Source: Actinomyces timonensis | GTDB lineage: Bacteria > Actinomycetota > Actinomycetes > Actinomycetales > Actinomycetaceae | Direction of reading: 5' to 3' | NCBI RefSeq assembly: GCF_040702965.1 | Contig: NZ_CP159989.1 | Span: 1,059,678 to 1,123,677 of the forward strand | Length of the DNA stretch: 64,000 nucleotides | Shown: positions 21,244 through 31,247 of the stretch, one piece after another | Layout of the letters: each line of letters opens with the position of its first letter | Position numbering within the stretch: position 1 is the first letter of the stretch | The notes under the pieces: model-generated | Databases searched by the model: none | Told to the model about the DNA's origin: nothing | Seen by the model: the letters and a program-made list of their open reading frames with translations, nothing else | Position numbers and translations under genes: made by a program

Positions 21244-22179
21244 TCAGCCCGCGGTGCCGGGCAGCGCCTCGGCGGTCTCGACCCCCCAGGAGACCGCCCG
21301 CAGCGCGGCGGCCACGGAGGCGTCGGCGGCCACCAGGCGCTGATCGCCCGAGCCGGAGACGGCGATCGACATCTCCTCGACCATGATCGAGCGCCACAGC
21401 GCGCCCATCCACTGGCCGGAGGGGGCGTCGGCGGGATCCGCCCCGGTGGGCGCCCCGTAGGCGGGCTGGCGCGGGTCGGTGGCCCGCGCCGTCGCCGGGC
21501 CCCCGGCCGCGATCGAGGCGTTGACCACCGCGGTGGCGGCCTTGGCGTCCTCGACGGCGCGCCCCCGCGCGCTCGAGTCCGAGGCCGCCCGCGCGGCCAG
21601 CAGCTCACCGGTGTAACGCAGCTGGTCGTAGAGCGCCAGGGCGGGGTCTGGCAGCGGGGAGGCCGTCGTCGCGGCCGATCGCGCCGGAGCCGTCACCGAG
21701 CCGGGGGAGAGCGCCTCCTGACGCAGGGACCACGCGATGCGCAGCGAGGCGGCGAGCCTCGCCAGGCCCTCCTCCTGCGCGGTCTCCAGCACCGAGCGCG
21801 CTGAGGCCGCGCCCCTGCCCAGCGCTGTGATCAGATCCTCGCTCGTGGCCGTCCCGGCCGCCGTCTCCACGGGAGTGGCGGTGGGGTAGCCCGTCGGCGC
21901 GCCGGAGGGCCAGGGCTCCCAGACGCCCCCGAGGGCCGTGAGCTGGGCATCCGCCTCCCGCGCGATCACCGTCGCCTGCGCGCCGGGGTCCCCTGCACTC
22001 TGGGAGCCGGCGACGGCGCGCGCGGTGGAGCCGATGAGCGCGGCGAGGCGGGCCAGAGCCTCGCGCGAGGCCTCATCGCCCGTCATCGTCGGCAGGGGAT
22101 CCGGCTCCGAGCTGCCCAGGGGGACCTCGCAGGCCGTGGTCCCCACGATGGCGGCCGCCCCGAGCGCGGCAGCGCCCAT
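21244..22179 (-). CDS. Ala-rich exported protein/lipoprotein candidate (hypothetical)
   Basis: Only the 3' ~311 codons of the 850-aa ORF look genuine: 'MGAAALGAAAIVGTTAC...' signal-like N-terminus then an Ala-rich helical protein; the upstream part of the ORF is antisense to rimP/nusA. Confidence 0.5.
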   Translation of the reverse strand: MGAAALGAAAIVGTTACEVPLGSSEPDPLPTMTGDEASREALARLAALIGSTARAVAGSQSAGDPGAQATVIAREADAQLTALGGVWEPWPSGAPTGYPTATPVETAAGTATSEDLITALGRGAASARSVLETAQEEGLARLAASLRIAWSLRQEALSPGSVTAPARSAATTASPLPDPALALYDQLRYTGELLAARAASDSSARGRAVEDAKAATAVVNASIAAGGPATARATDPRQPAYGAPTGADPADAPSGQWMGALWRSIMVEEMSIAVSGSGDQRLVAADASVAAALRAVSWGVETAEALPGTAG

Positions 22180-22500
22180 TCTGACCAGGGCGGATCGCCT
22201 GGAGGGAAGGGGGCGGGCGGCCTGGGGGCAGTGGTGGGGGGAGCGTGGGCGCGCGGTGTCGTTCACGGATCGATCCTCCCACGCCGCGGCGCGTCCTTCC
22301 GCGTGAAGCGCCCCATGGGGCCCGAAGGATCCGGCGCGCGGCACGAGCGCCCGATGTGATCGCGGCACCGCGCCGCCCACCCGGCCATCCGTGGAGGGCG
22401 GGTACGATTGGCCCGACCGAACGCGCGGTGCCCGCTGGCATCGCGCCAGCACGATGCCGGCGCTCAGCCGGTGCCACGCCGATGAGGAACGAGGGACACC

Positions 22501-22971
22501 ATGACGGACACGCTCGCGTCGCGGCTCACCGATCTGCTGGGCCCCGTCGTCGAGGCCGAGGGCCTCTTCCTCGAGGGCATCGAGACCACCCGGGCCGGCA
22601 AGCACTCGGTGGTGAGGGTGATCGTCGACCTCCCCGACGGCCCCGGCGATCTCGACCTCGACCGCATCGGAGAGGCCACCGCCGCTCTCTCGGCGGCCCT
22701 CGACGACGCCGACCCCGTCAAGGGCCGGTACGCCCTCGAGGTCTCCACCCCCGGCGCCGAGCGCGAGCTGCGCTCCCCACGGCACTTCCGCCGCGCCGTC
22801 GGTCACAGCGCCATCCTCACCACCGCGGGCGGTGAGGGCTCGGAGCCCTTCACCGTCACCGGCGTCATCACCCAGGCCGATGACGAGACCGTCACGATGC
22901 AGGCCGATGGCGCCGCCGCGGTGATCCGCCTCGACGACATCGCCAGCGCGCGGATGATCGTCGTCTTCTGA
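22501..22971 (+). CDS. rimP: ribosome maturation factor RimP
   Basis: 156 aa 'LLGPVVEAEGLFLEGIE...RVIVD...RYALEVSTPGAERELRSPRHFRRAVGH'. Confidence 0.85.
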   Translation: MTDTLASRLTDLLGPVVEAEGLFLEGIETTRAGKHSVVRVIVDLPDGPGDLDLDRIGEATAALSAALDDADPVKGRYALEVSTPGAERELRSPRHFRRAVGHSAILTTAGGEGSEPFTVTGVITQADDETVTMQADGAAAVIRLDDIASARMIVVF

Positions 22972-23031
22972 CCGCGCGAACCGCCCGGACCCCACCCCCG
23001 AATCCGCACACGGCACCAGACAAGAGGAACC

Positions 23032-24078
23032 ATGGACATCAACATGCCGGAGCTGCGCGTCGCAGCAGACGAGCTGGGCATCGACCTCGAGGCCCTGCTG
23101 CCCGCCATCGAGGACGCCATCCTCGGCGCCTACTCCAAGGTGCCCGGGGCCATCCGGGGCGCCTACGTCGAGATCGACCGCAAGACCGGGCACATGTCGG
23201 TGCTGGCCCCGGAGGTGGATGAGGAGGACGAGCCCACCGGCGAGTACTTCGACGACACCCCGGACGACTTCGGGCGCATCGCTCAGGCCACGGCCCGATC
23301 CGTCATCGTCCAGCGCATCCAGGACCGCCGCGACTTCGAGGTCCTGGGCGCCTTCAAGGACAAGACCGGGGAGCTCATCTCCGGCGTCGTCGAGCAGGGC
23401 CGTGATCCCAGGATCATCCACGTGCGCCTCGACGAGGAGCACGAGGGCATCATGCCCCCGCATGAGCAGGTGCCCGGGGAGCGCTACCGGCACGGGGACC
23501 GCGTCCGCGTCTACTGCACCGAGATCTCCCGGGGGATGAAGGGCGCTCAGATCATCCTGTCGCGCACCCACCCGGGGCTGGTCAAGAAGCTCTTCGAGCG
23601 CGAGGTCCCGGAGATCGCCTCCGGTGACGTCGAGATCGTCGCCATCGCCCGCGAGGCCGGGCACCGCACCAAGATGGCGGTTCGCGCCCGCACCCGCGGC
23701 GTCAACGCCAAGGGCGCCTGCATCGGCCCCATGGGCCAGCGCGTGCGCGCCGTCATGGCCGAGCTCGGCGGGGAGAAGATCGACATCGTCGACCACTCCG
23801 AGGACCCGGCCCGTTTCGTGGCCAACGCCCTGTCCCCGGCGCGGGTGGCCTCAGTGGCGGTCATCGACGAGGCCGAGCGCACCGCCCGCGCCATCGTCCC
23901 GGACTTCCAGCTCTCGCTGGCCATCGGCAAGGAGGGGCAGAACGCCCGCCTCGCCGCGCGCCTGACCGGCTGGAAGATCGACATCCACGCCGATGCCGAG
24001 CTCGGCGAGATCGCTCCGGGCCATGGATCGCGCGCCGACGACGTGACAGGTACCTCAACCCCCGACGACGGCTCCTGA
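23032..24078 (+). CDS. nusA: transcription termination/antitermination factor NusA
   Basis: N-terminal domain, S1 ('ISGVVEQGRDPRIIHVRL') and two KH domains ('RTKMAVRARTRGVNAKGACIGPMGQRVRAVMAELGGEKIDIV'). Confidence 0.9.
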   Translation: MDINMPELRVAADELGIDLEALLPAIEDAILGAYSKVPGAIRGAYVEIDRKTGHMSVLAPEVDEEDEPTGEYFDDTPDDFGRIAQATARSVIVQRIQDRRDFEVLGAFKDKTGELISGVVEQGRDPRIIHVRLDEEHEGIMPPHEQVPGERYRHGDRVRVYCTEISRGMKGAQIILSRTHPGLVKKLFEREVPEIASGDVEIVAIAREAGHRTKMAVRARTRGVNAKGACIGPMGQRVRAVMAELGGEKIDIVDHSEDPARFVANALSPARVASVAVIDEAERTARAIVPDFQLSLAIGKEGQNARLAARLTGWKIDIHADAELGEIAPGHGSRADDVTGTSTPDDGS

Positions 24079-24154
24079 CAGCGCGTTCGGTAGTATCTCC
24101 GCGGGCCCCGAGCGGGTCGCGGGACGCTGAGCAGCGCTCTCGTGCCCGCCAGCG

Positions 24155-24526
24155 GTGGGCGATGAGTTCCCGGAAGGACACGGTGAGTCGGTGACAGCCT
24201 CCTCGCATGTGCCTGAGCGGACCTGCATCGGCTGCCGTGCCAAGGCCCCCAGGTCGCAGCTGCTGCGGCTGGCCCTGACCGCGAGTGGCGAGCTCGCGGT
24301 CGACGCCCGGGCCCTTATGCCGGGGCGCGGCGCCTGGATCCACGTGGATCCGGCGTGCCTCGACCTCGCCGAGCGCAGGCGCGCCCTCGGGCGTGCTCTG
24401 CGCGCCGAGGGCCCGCTCGACGCGGCCCCTGCGCGCGACTGGCTCGCCGCCCACGCGGCGCCCTCGGGAGCGCAAGATCCGACCGGCCCCTGCCGGGGCC
24501 GGAACACCGATAACGAAGGCGGGTAG
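24155..24526 (+). CDS. YlxR/DUF448-family RNA-binding protein
   Basis: 'PERTCIGCRAKAPRSQLLRL' motif typical of YlxR, located between nusA and infB; start uncertain. Confidence 0.6.
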   Translation: MGDEFPEGHGESVTASSHVPERTCIGCRAKAPRSQLLRLALTASGELAVDARALMPGRGAWIHVDPACLDLAERRRALGRALRAEGPLDAAPARDWLAAHAAPSGAQDPTGPCRGRNTDNEGG

Positions 24527-24578
24527 GAAGCCGATGGGCACCCGATGAGTACCCAGCGATGAGCTGCCTCTACTAGCG

Positions 24579-24618
24579 CCCGCTCCTGTCAGGGAGCGGG
24601 CAACCTGACAGGAGAAAA
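24579..24618 (+). promoter_or_regulatory. infB 5' leader with two mutually exclusive hairpins; the second would occlude the Shine-Dalgarno sequence
   Basis: CCCGCTCC-tgtcag-GGAGCGGG (24579-24600) competes with pairing of CCTGTCAGG (24585-24593) to CCTGACAGG (24604-24612), which overlaps SD AGGAG (24610-24614) before the GTG start at 24619. Confidence 0.4.
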
Positions 24619-27516
24619 GTGGCAAAACCACGCGTTCACGAGCTCGCCAAGGAGCTCGACCCCACTGGCAAGAAGATCACCTCGAAGATGATCCTCTCGT
24701 GGCTCAAGGATCAGGGGGAGTTCGTCAAGGCGGCCTCCTCCGCCGTTGAGCCGCCGGTCGCGCGCCGCGTGCGCGAGCACTTCGCGGCGCAGGCGGCCGC
24801 GGCCCCCAAGGCCGCCAAGCCCGCGGAGGCGAGGAAGGAGGCCAAGGCTCCGTCCGCGCCCAAGCCCGGTGCGAGGCCCGCGGTCCCCAAGCCCGGCGCG
24901 CGCCCGACCGAGCCTGCGTCGGCCGCCCCGTCGGCGCCCGAGGCCGCGCCCGCTGCCCAGCCGGTGCCCGTGCCGGACAGCCGCCGGGAGCCCTCCAAGC
25001 CCCGGGCCGCGACGCCGTCGGCCCCCCGGCCCTCGGCCCCCCGTCCGGCGGCTCCCGGCCCTCGCCCCGGCGCCCCGCGCCCGGGCAACAACCCCTTCGC
25101 CCCCAGCCAGGGCATGCCCCGGCACGATGGCCGGCCCGACCGGCAGGACCGCTCGGAGCGCGGCGAGCGCTCCGACCGCGCTCCGCGGCCCGGCGCTCCG
25201 CGGCCCGGCGGCCCTCGCCCCGGAGGCCCGCGCCCGGGCAACAACCCCTTCGCCCCCAGCCAGGGCATGCCCCGGCCCGGTGGAAGCGGCGGCCCCCGTC
25301 CTCGCGGCGGCCGGGGCGGCTCCGGCGGTCCGCGCCCCCAGGGCGCCGGTGCTCAGGGCGGCCGCCCGGCGCCCGGGCCCCGGCCCGGCGGCGGTCCCCG
25401 CCCGAACCCGGGCATGATGCCCGGCCGCTCCTCGGTCGGCCGGCCCGGCTCCCCCTCCCGGGGCGGCGCCGACGGCGGCCGCGGCGGCTCTGGAGGCGGT
25501 CGCGGGTCCCGCCCCGGTGGCGGCGGCCGTCCCGGTGGCGGCGGAGGCTTCGGCGGTCCCCGCGGGGGCCGCGGCGGCCGTGGCTCCACGCAGGGCGCCT
25601 TCGGGCGCGGAGGCGGCGCCCCTCGCGGGCGCAAGTCCAAGCGGGCCAAGCGCCAGGAGTTCGAGCAGCAGAGCGCGCCGTCGCTCGGCGGAGTCATCGT
25701 CCCGCGCGGTGACGGCTCCACCGTGGTGCGCGTGCGCCAGGGCGCCACGCTGACCGACCTCGCCGAGAAGATCAACGCCAACCCGGCGGCCCTGGTCACC
25801 GTCCTGTTCCACCTGGGGGAGATGGCCACGGCCACCCAGTCCCTTGATGAGGACACCTTCGGCCTGCTGGGCGCCGAGCTCGGCTACGACGTCCAGATCG
25901 TCTCCCCGGAGGACGAGGACCGCGAGCTCCTGGGCTCCTTCGACATCGACCTGGAGGCCGAGGAGGCCGCCTGGGACGACGAGGACATGGCCCCCAGGCC
26001 GCCCGTGGTCACCGTCATGGGCCACGTCGACCACGGCAAGACCAAGCTGCTGGACGCCATCCGCTCCACGGATGTCGTGGCGGACGAGGCCGGCGGCATC
26101 ACGCAGTCCATCGGCGCCTACCAGGTGCACGTCCCCGTGGGCGACGAGACCCGTCCGATCACCTTCATCGACACCCCCGGTCACGAGGCCTTCACGGCCA
26201 TGCGCGCCCGCGGTGCCGAGGTCACGGACATCGCGATCCTCGTCGTCGCCGCGGATGACGGCGTCATGCCGCAGACCGTTGAGGCCCTCAACCACGCCCA
26301 GGCCGCGAATGTGCCGATCGTGGTGGCCGTCAACAAGATCGACAAGGAGGGCGCGAACCCGGACAAGGTCCGCGGCCAGCTCACCGAGTACGGCCTCGTG
26401 CCCGAGGAGTACGGCGGCGACACCATGTTCGTCGACATCTCCGCCAAGCAGCGCCTCCACATCGACGAGCTCCTCGAGGCCGTGGTCCTCACCGCCGACG
26501 CGGCCCTGGACCTGCGCGCCAACCCGAGCGCGGACGCGCGCGGCGTGACGGTCGAGGCCAAGCTCGACAAGGGCCGCGGCGCCGTGACCACGGTGCTCGT
26601 CCAGCAGGGGACCCTGCGCGTGGGGGACCCGATCGTGGCCGGCTCGTCCTACGGGCGCGTGCGCGCCATGTTCGATGAGCACGGGGACAACCTCGACGAG
26701 GCCGGGCCCGCCCGCCCGGCCCTCATCCTGGGCCTGACGAGCGTTCCCAGCGCCGGAGACTCCTTCATCGTCGCCCCGGACGACCGCACCGCCCGGCAGA
26801 TCGCCGACAAGCGCGAGGCCGCCGAGCGCGCCGCCCTCCTGGCCAAGCGCCGCAAGCGCGTGTCCCTGGAGAACCTCTCCGACGTCCTGAAGGCCGGGAA
26901 GGTCGACACCCTCAACCTCATCCTCAAGGGTGACAGCTCGGGCGCCGTCGAGGCCCTGGAGGACTCGCTGCTCAAGATCGACGTCGGCGAGGAGGTCGCC
27001 CTGCGCGTCATCCACCGCGGCGTCGGCGCCATCACGCAGAACGATGTCAACCTCGCAACGGTCGACTCGGCCGTCATCATCGGCTTCAACGTCCGCCCCG
27101 CCGAGCGCGTGGCGGAGCTGGCCGACCGCGAGGGCGTCGACATGAAGTTCTACTCGGTCATCTACAACGCGATCGAGGACGTCGAGGCCGCCATGAAGGG
27201 CATGCTCAAGCCCATCTACGAGGAGGTCGAGCTCGGCACCGCCGAGATCCGCCAGGTCTTCCACTCCTCGAAGTTCGGCTCCATCGCGGGCTCGATCGTC
27301 CGCTCGGGCACCATCAAGCGCGGGGCCAAGGCCCGCCTGGTGCGCGACGGCGTGGTCGTGGGCGGCGATCTCGCCGTCGAGACCCTGCGCCGTGAGAAGG
27401 ACGACGTCACCGAGGTCCGCGAGGGCTACGAGTGCGGTATCAACCTGGGCTTCAAGGACATCGCCGAGGGCGACGTCATCGAGACCTGGGAGCTGCGCGA
27501 GAAGCCTCGCTCCTGA
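24619..27516 (+). CDS. infB: translation initiation factor IF-2
   Basis: 965 aa; Pro/Gly/Ala-rich N-terminal region, GTP-binding domain '[17 protein letters not shown]...DTPGHEAF...VAVNKIDK', C-terminal domains conserved. Confidence 0.95.
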   Translation: MAKPRVHELAKELDPTGKKITSKMILSWLKDQGEFVKAASSAVEPPVARRVREHFAAQAAAAPKAAKPAEARKEAKAPSAPKPGARPAVPKPGARPTEPASAAPSAPEAAPAAQPVPVPDSRREPSKPRAATPSAPRPSAPRPAAPGPRPGAPRPGNNPFAPSQGMPRHDGRPDRQDRSERGERSDRAPRPGAPRPGGPRPGGPRPGNNPFAPSQGMPRPGGSGGPRPRGGRGGSGGPRPQGAGAQGGRPAPGPRPGGGPRPNPGMMPGRSSVGRPGSPSRGGADGGRGGSGGGRGSRPGGGGRPGGGGGFGGPRGGRGGRGSTQGAFGRGGGAPRGRKSKRAKRQEFEQQSAPSLGGVIVPRGDGSTVVRVRQGATLTDLAEKINANPAALVTVLFHLGEMATATQSLDEDTFGLLGAELGYDVQIVSPEDEDRELLGSFDIDLEAEEAAWDDEDMAPRPPVVTVMGHVDHGKTKLLDAIRSTDVVADEAGGITQSIGAYQVHVPVGDETRPITFIDTPGHEAFTAMRARGAEVTDIAILVVAADDGVMPQTVEALNHAQAANVPIVVAVNKIDKEGANPDKVRGQLTEYGLVPEEYGGDTMFVDISAKQRLHIDELLEAVVLTADAALDLRANPSADARGVTVEAKLDKGRGAVTTVLVQQGTLRVGDPIVAGSSYGRVRAMFDEHGDNLDEAGPARPALILGLTSVPSAGDSFIVAPDDRTARQIADKREAAERAALLAKRRKRVSLENLSDVLKAGKVDTLNLILKGDSSGAVEALEDSLLKIDVGEEVALRVIHRGVGAITQNDVNLATVDSAVIIGFNVRPAERVAELADREGVDMKFYSVIYNAIEDVEAAMKGMLKPIYEEVELGTAEIRQVFHSSKFGSIAGSIVRSGTIKRGAKARLVRDGVVVGGDLAVETLRREKDDVTEVREGYECGINLGFKDIAEGDVIETWELREKPRS
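25078..25275 (+). repeat. exact 45-bp direct repeat (two copies, 153-bp period) inside the infB N-terminal low-complexity region
   Basis: cgcccgggcaacaaccccttcgcccccagccagggcatgccccgg at 25078-25122 and 25231-25275, encoding [16 protein letters not shown] twice. Confidence 0.85.
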
Positions 27517-27527
27517 GCGTCCCTCAG

Positions 27528-27568
27528 CGGCGGCGGCCGGTCACCTCCGTGGTGGCCGGCCGCCGCCG
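27528..27568 (+). terminator. 13-bp GC-rich perfect hairpin downstream of infB (candidate terminator or insertion boundary)
   Basis: CGGCGGCGGCCGG-tcacctccgtggtg-CCGGCCGCCGCCG, 12 nt after the infB stop. Confidence 0.55.
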
Positions 27569-27716
27569 CCGGGAGGAACGGCGAGACGGCCCATGCGGGG
27601 CGCGGACGCGCTCGCCCTCGATCCCGGGGCCGGCCTCGCCGTCGACCACCGTCATATCCACGCAGCATCCGATGGCAGAGCGCTTCGCGCGCACGGCCCC
27701 AGACGAGAGGCGCACC

Positions 27717-28730
27717 ATGATGAGAGCCGCCGTTCAGACCTCCTACGACGCGAAGAACCCCCACGTGGAGCTCATGCGAGTCCGCCGACCTGAGATCGGC
27801 CCGCGCCAGGCCCTGGTCAAGGTCGCCGCCGCCGGGGTCAACCCGCTCGACATCATGATCGCCCGAGGCGAGGTCCGCCTCATCACTCCCTATGCCCTGC
27901 CGCTGGTCATCGGCAACGAGGTGGTCGGGGTCGTCGAGCAGGTCGGCTCGAGCGTGCGCTCCCTGGAACTGGGGCAGCGCGTCTTCTCGCGCCTTCCCCT
28001 GGGCTCCATCGGCGCCTTCGCCGAGTACGTCGCCGTCGACGCCGACGCGCTGGCGGTGGTCCCCGAGCACCTCAGTGACGAGGAGGCCGCCGCCGTGCCC
28101 CTGACGGCCCTCACGGCCGTCCAGGCGCTCGATCTCATGGGCGCCACCGCCGGGGGGACGATCTTCATCTCGGGCGGTACCGGCTCGGTGGGCGCGATGG
28201 CGATCCCGATCGCCAAGTCCAGGGGCCTGACCGTCGTGACCAACGGCAGCGCCGCCAACCGGGAGCGGGTCCTCTCCCTGGGCGCGGACCGCTTCCTCGA
28301 CTACCGCGCCGAGGACTACACGCGGATCCTCAGCGGCATCGACTACGTCCTGGACACCCTCGGGGGCGAGGAGACCCGTCGGCAGATGAGCGTCATGAGG
28401 CGCGGTGGGCGCCTCGTCTCCCTGCGCGGCCTGCCCAACGGCGCCTTCGCCTCACGGATGGGGATGCCGGCCTGGAAGCGGGCGCTCTTCACGGCTGCCG
28501 GATGGCGCCTGGACCGCGCCGCCCGCGGGTGCGGGGTCCGCTACGACTTCATCTTCGTGGAATCCAACGGGGCGCAGCTCCAGGAGGTCGCCGACCTCCT
28601 CTCGACTCGGCGGATCGCCCCGTCCGTTGACGAGGTGTTCCCCTTCGATGAGGTCGGCGCCGCTCTGGGCAAAGTGGCCAACGGCCACTCGCGCGGCAAG
28701 ACCGTCCTGAGCATGACGGCCCGGCGCTGA
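27717..28730 (+). CDS. NAD(P)H-dependent quinone oxidoreductase / MDR-superfamily zinc-free alcohol-dehydrogenase-like protein
   Basis: 337 aa 'ALVKVAAAGVNPLDIMIARGE...' GroES-like fold and Rossmann 'IFISGGTGSVGAMAIPIAKSRG'. Confidence 0.75.
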   Translation: MMRAAVQTSYDAKNPHVELMRVRRPEIGPRQALVKVAAAGVNPLDIMIARGEVRLITPYALPLVIGNEVVGVVEQVGSSVRSLELGQRVFSRLPLGSIGAFAEYVAVDADALAVVPEHLSDEEAAAVPLTALTAVQALDLMGATAGGTIFISGGTGSVGAMAIPIAKSRGLTVVTNGSAANRERVLSLGADRFLDYRAEDYTRILSGIDYVLDTLGGEETRRQMSVMRRGGRLVSLRGLPNGAFASRMGMPAWKRALFTAAGWRLDRAARGCGVRYDFIFVESNGAQLQEVADLLSTRRIAPSVDEVFPFDEVGAALGKVANGHSRGKTVLSMTARR

Positions 28731-28815
28731 CCACCGCGATCCCGTCCGCCCCGCTCTTCCCGATCCTGGGAGGGGTATGTAGCGCTGATTGAGCGCTCTT
28801 GCCCGGAGACGGTAT

Positions 28816-28837
28816 TGTCACGCCCTCCGCCGTGACA
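28816..28837. promoter_or_regulatory. perfect palindrome TGTCACG-N8-CGTGACA about 70 bp upstream of norZ (candidate operator)
   Basis: Read directly: tgtcacgccctccgccgtgaca; a second hairpin AGCGCT-gattg-AGCGCT lies at 28781-28797; GGAGG SD at 28893 precedes ATG 28905. Confidence 0.4.
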
Positions 28838-28904
28838 TTCTGGAGCAGTCGAGGTGACGGCCTGTCATGCCGCCCCGCCTGTCACATATCTCTGGAGGTC
28901 CGCC

Positions 28905-31247
28905 ATGCCGTCTCTCATGAGCAGCGAGGGCACGGGTGCGCGCCGCGCCCGGATCATCGGGAAGGGATGGATCCAGGCCGTCGCCCTGGTCATGCTCTTC
29001 GGCTTCACCGTCATGGGCCTGCTGGCCTACCGCACGTACGCCGACTCCATGCCCCAGCCCAGCAGGGTCGTTGCGGAGGACGGCTCCGTCGTCTTCACCA
29101 CTGAGGACATCACCGCTGGCCAGCGGCTCTTCCAATCGCGCGGGCTCATGGAATACGGCTCCATCGTCGGGCACGGCGGCTACCTCGGCCCGGACTTCAC
29201 CGCCGAGTACCTGCGCATGGAGGCCGACTCGGTGAGCGCCCAGCTGGCCGCCGAGGGGAACGGGGATCCCGCGACCGCAACCAAGGACATGCTGCGTGCC
29301 AACCGCTACGACGCCGCCAGCGGTGACCTCGTGTGGACCCCCGAGCAGGTGACCGCCTACGAGCAGGCGGTGGAGCACTACACCGCCATGCTCGGCCCCG
29401 AGGCCGCCGCGAACGGCCTCAAGCCCGACCTCATCACCGACCCCGCCCAGGTGCGCCAGGTGACTGCCTTCGTCGGTTGGACGGCCTGGGCCTCGGCGGC
29501 CGAACGCCCCGGGCACGACTACTCCTACACGAACAACTGGCCCGCTGAGTCGCGCGTGGGCAACTCGCCCACGGGCGACCTCATGATCTGGTCGGTGCTC
29601 TCCCTCATCGTCCTCATCGGCGGAACCGGCGTCATGTTCGCCATCTACGGGCGCTGGAGCCGGAAGATCGGCTGGCACTCCGAGGAGGCGCCCGCCCTGT
29701 CCTTCCGCCAGCCCGGCGAGGTGGGCCTGACCGGATCGCAGAGAGTCGTCGCCTGGTTCATCCTCACCATCGCGGTCCTCTTCCTCGTCCAGACCCTCGT
29801 GGGGGCCCTGGCCGAGCACTACCGGGCGGACGCGCTCAGCTTCTTCGGATTCGACATGGGCCGCTACATCCCCTTCTCCCTGGCCCGCACCTGGCACGTC
29901 CAGCTCTCCCTGTTCTGGACGGCCCTCGGGCTGCTCGGCGCGGGGCTCTTCCTCGCCCCCTTCATCGCCCGCCGGGAGCCCAAGGGGCAGCACGCGCTCG
30001 TCTGGGTGCTGCTCGTGGCCGCCGCGGCCGTCGTCGTCCTGTCCTGCCTGGCCGAGGCCGCCAGCCAGCACGGGGTGAGCTGGGCCAAGGGACCGCTGTT
30101 CGCCCAGCAGTGGGAGTACCTCGATCTGCCCTTCGTCTTCCAGGCGCTGCTCACCGCGGCCCTCTTCATCTGGGTGGCCATCATCTGGCGCTCGATGCGG
30201 GGCCGGCTGCGCAACGAGCACGTGTCGAACATGCCCTGGCTGTTCATGTTCGCGGCCCTGGCCATCCCCGCCTTCTACGCCGTCGGCATGATGGCCCGCA
30301 CCGGCACCCATGTCACCGTCGCCGAGTTCTGGCGCTTCTGGGTGGTCCACTTGTGGGTCGAGGACTTCCTCGAGCTGTTCACCACCGTCATGGTCGCCTA
30401 CGTCTTCGTGCTCCTGGGCGTCGTGCGCGAGCGGATCGCCCTGGGCATCATCTTCATGGACATCATCCTCTACTCCGCGGGCGGGGTCATCGGGACGATG
30501 CACCACCTGTACTTCTCAGGCACCCCCGTGGAGCACATGGCGCTGGGAGCCTTCTTCTCCGCCGCCGAGGTCATCCCGCTGACCTTCCTCACCGTGGAGG
30601 CCTGGGCCTTCATGCAGCTCGGGGCCAACCGCCACGGCAAGGACGCCAAGCCCTTCCCGCACCGCTGGGCCGTCATGTTCCTCGTCGCCGTCGGGTTTTG
30701 GAACTTCCTGGGCGCTGGCGTCTTCGGCTTCCTCGTCAACCTGCCGATCGTCTCCTACTACGAGATCGGCACCGCGCTGACCGCCAACCACGCGCACGCC
30801 TCCATGATGGGCGTCTACGGCTTCATGGCCCTCGGGCTGGGCATGTTCGCCCTGCGCTATCTCATCCCGAGGGAGAAATGGCCGGAGCGCCTGGCGAAGA
30901 CCTCCTTCTGGAGCCTCAACATCGGACTGGCCTGGATGTGCTTCGCCACCCTCCTGCCGCTGGGCATCCTCCAGCTGCGCTACTCGGTGGGCACCGGCTA
31001 CTACGAGGCCCGCCAACTCACCTACATCACGGACACGGTCAACACGATCATCGAGTGGGGGCGCATGCCCGGTGACCTCATCTTCATCCTCGGCGGGGTC
31101 CTGCCCTACCTCCGCATCGCCTCTCTCGGGGCGCGGCACTGGCGCCAGGGCCGAACCGTGGAGTCCTTCGAGAAGGACGCGCTCTACGAGGAGCTCGACA
31201 CCCGGCACCAGTCATGGCGCGGCGAGCGCGCGGAGCTGAGTGACTGA
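28905..31247 (+). CDS. norZ: quinol-dependent nitric-oxide reductase, single-subunit qNOR (NorZ/NorB large subunit, heme-copper oxidase family)
   Basis: ~780 aa: N-terminal TM plus periplasmic domain, then 12-TM core with conserved His ligands ('MHHLYFSG', 'HAHASMMGVYGFMALG', 'HLWVEDFLELF'). Confidence 0.8.
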   Translation: MPSLMSSEGTGARRARIIGKGWIQAVALVMLFGFTVMGLLAYRTYADSMPQPSRVVAEDGSVVFTTEDITAGQRLFQSRGLMEYGSIVGHGGYLGPDFTAEYLRMEADSVSAQLAAEGNGDPATATKDMLRANRYDAASGDLVWTPEQVTAYEQAVEHYTAMLGPEAAANGLKPDLITDPAQVRQVTAFVGWTAWASAAERPGHDYSYTNNWPAESRVGNSPTGDLMIWSVLSLIVLIGGTGVMFAIYGRWSRKIGWHSEEAPALSFRQPGEVGLTGSQRVVAWFILTIAVLFLVQTLVGALAEHYRADALSFFGFDMGRYIPFSLARTWHVQLSLFWTALGLLGAGLFLAPFIARREPKGQHALVWVLLVAAAAVVVLSCLAEAASQHGVSWAKGPLFAQQWEYLDLPFVFQALLTAALFIWVAIIWRSMRGRLRNEHVSNMPWLFMFAALAIPAFYAVGMMARTGTHVTVAEFWRFWVVHLWVEDFLELFTTVMVAYVFVLLGVVRERIALGIIFMDIILYSAGGVIGTMHHLYFSGTPVEHMALGAFFSAAEVIPLTFLTVEAWAFMQLGANRHGKDAKPFPHRWAVMFLVAVGFWNFLGAGVFGFLVNLPIVSYYEIGTALTANHAHASMMGVYGFMALGLGMFALRYLIPREKWPERLAKTSFWSLNIGLAWMCFATLLPLGILQLRYSVGTGYYEARQLTYITDTVNTIIEWGRMPGDLIFILGGVLPYLRIASLGARHWRQGRTVESFEKDALYEELDTRHQSWRGERAELSD

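Noticed and set aside
21244-23796. 850-aa ORF on the minus strand
   Set aside because: Only the last ~311 codons (21244-22179) look like a real protein. The upstream part is antisense to rimP/nusA and reads as typical high-GC antisense translation.
28854-28904. Earlier norZ start at 28854 (MTACHAAPPV...)
   Set aside because: ATG at 28905 is preceded by a GGAGG Shine-Dalgarno and begins the conserved N-terminal TM region; the upstream 17 codons lack an RBS and conservation-like features.
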